The notes below the pieces were generated by a model that was not told the DNA's origin, did no database searches, and worked only from the letters and a program-made list of their open reading frames with translations. Positions 63,300-64,000 of a stretch of 64,000 nucleotides of DNA are shown in pieces (position 1 is the stretch's first letter; each line of letters begins with the position of its first letter). The DNA comes from an uncultured delta proteobacterium (GTDB lineage: Bacteria > Desulfobacterota > Binatia > UBA9968): assembly GCA_963771465.1 (NCBI GenBank), contig CAVYTU010000014.1:480001-544000 (forward strand). The letters run 5' to 3'. The translations under genes and the position numbers were made by a program.

Positions 63300-64000
63300 T
63301 TAAGACTTCAATAAAGCCCAGGGCACGATTTCGGAATCAACGGGGTAAAGCGAGACTCCGGCAGGACAAATGTTTTTACCCATGAACGTCGACACGTCCT
63401 TGTCCCGAGTTGGAACTAGTTGTGATTCACCCTCAAAGAGTTCGATGCCGCAGCCGTGTAGGTGCGCTAATTGCGCCGCCTGTAGTGAACCGCAGCTAGC
63501 GCGCGGCCCGGCTTCAGTAAGCTCGCCGTAGAATAAGCACAGTTTGGCGATCTCGCCCTGCGCGAACAGCGTTCCGATCATGTTGTCGGAGATCAAAGTG
63601 GTCGGCGCATTTCGTTCCAATAATTCACCCGCGACTAGCTGCGCGCCCCAAAGTTGCGGCCGCATCTCCGGTACGAGGATGCTCTCGGCGTGCTCTGCTT
63701 TGAGGGCGCTGATCAAGAACGCATACTGGTTTTTCGGCGGCACGCCGTGGAGCAAAACGTATTTACTGCCGGAATTGCTCCTCGACTCTTCGCCGCTATT
63801 CTTCCACTGATATTTCTGGCGAAAAGCTTCCGGCGTATAGAGATCGTCAAAGCCGATTAAGTGGGTGATCAACTCCGCCGGCGTCACGTCGAACGCTGGA
63901 TAACGAGCCTTTATTGTAGAATTAGAATCTGCAAGCAATGGCTGCCGCTGAAACGTCAATAACTCATGCGCTGGCCGCTCTTCGATCGGCACGTCACTGC
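63300..64000 (-). CDS. MtnA/eIF2B-family isomerase, 3' part with extra C-terminal domain (5' end beyond window)
   Basis: PIEER..E...PAFDVTPAELIT (MtnA C-terminus), then EMRPQLWGAQLVAGEL...TLISDNM (degenerate repeat). Confidence 0.75.
   Translation of the reverse strand, partial: SDVPIEERPAHELLTFQRQPLLADSNSTIKARYPAFDVTPAELITHLIGFDDLYTPEAFRQKYQWKNSGEESRSNSGSKYVLLHGVPPKNQYAFLISALKAEHAESILVPEMRPQLWGAQLVAGELLERNAPTTLISDNMIGTLFAQGEIAKLCLFYGELTEAGPRASCGSLQAAQLAHLHGCGIELFEGESQLVPTRDKDVSTFMGKNICPAGVSLYPVDSEIVPWALLKS

Overview
Chromosomal window (GC-rich) from a bacterium, most likely Candidatus Binatia / deltaproteobacteria-like; this is an inference from gene families, not a database match. It opens with gyrA (truncated by the window) and gyrB. 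A ~13.6 kb cobalamin island follows: cobS, an AEC transporter, a class Ia ribonucleotide reductase nrdAB with tandem NrdR boxes and a cobalamin riboswitch, a CWC protein, tonB, a btuB-F-C-D-like uptake system and cobQ. The island carries three cobalamin riboswitches, one with a ~78-nt repeat hairpin inserted into its T-loop. Next come an acyl-CoA degradation cluster, several proteases (three S1/HtrA, LonC-like, M48, M3B), RibBX, a diheme cytochrome c with a contracted CxCH motif, MoxR, MltG and glucan phosphorylase. An orphan Flp pilin with a structured 5' leader sits between two paralogous putative Zn-peptidases. The end holds a Tat-exported PaoABC-like molybdoenzyme, a stand-alone DnaB-like ATPase, and an MtnA-like / aldolase-SCP2 / acyl-CoA ligase operon. 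Many genes are frameshifted, probably through long-read indel errors. I saw no rRNA, tRNA, CRISPR array or transposase.
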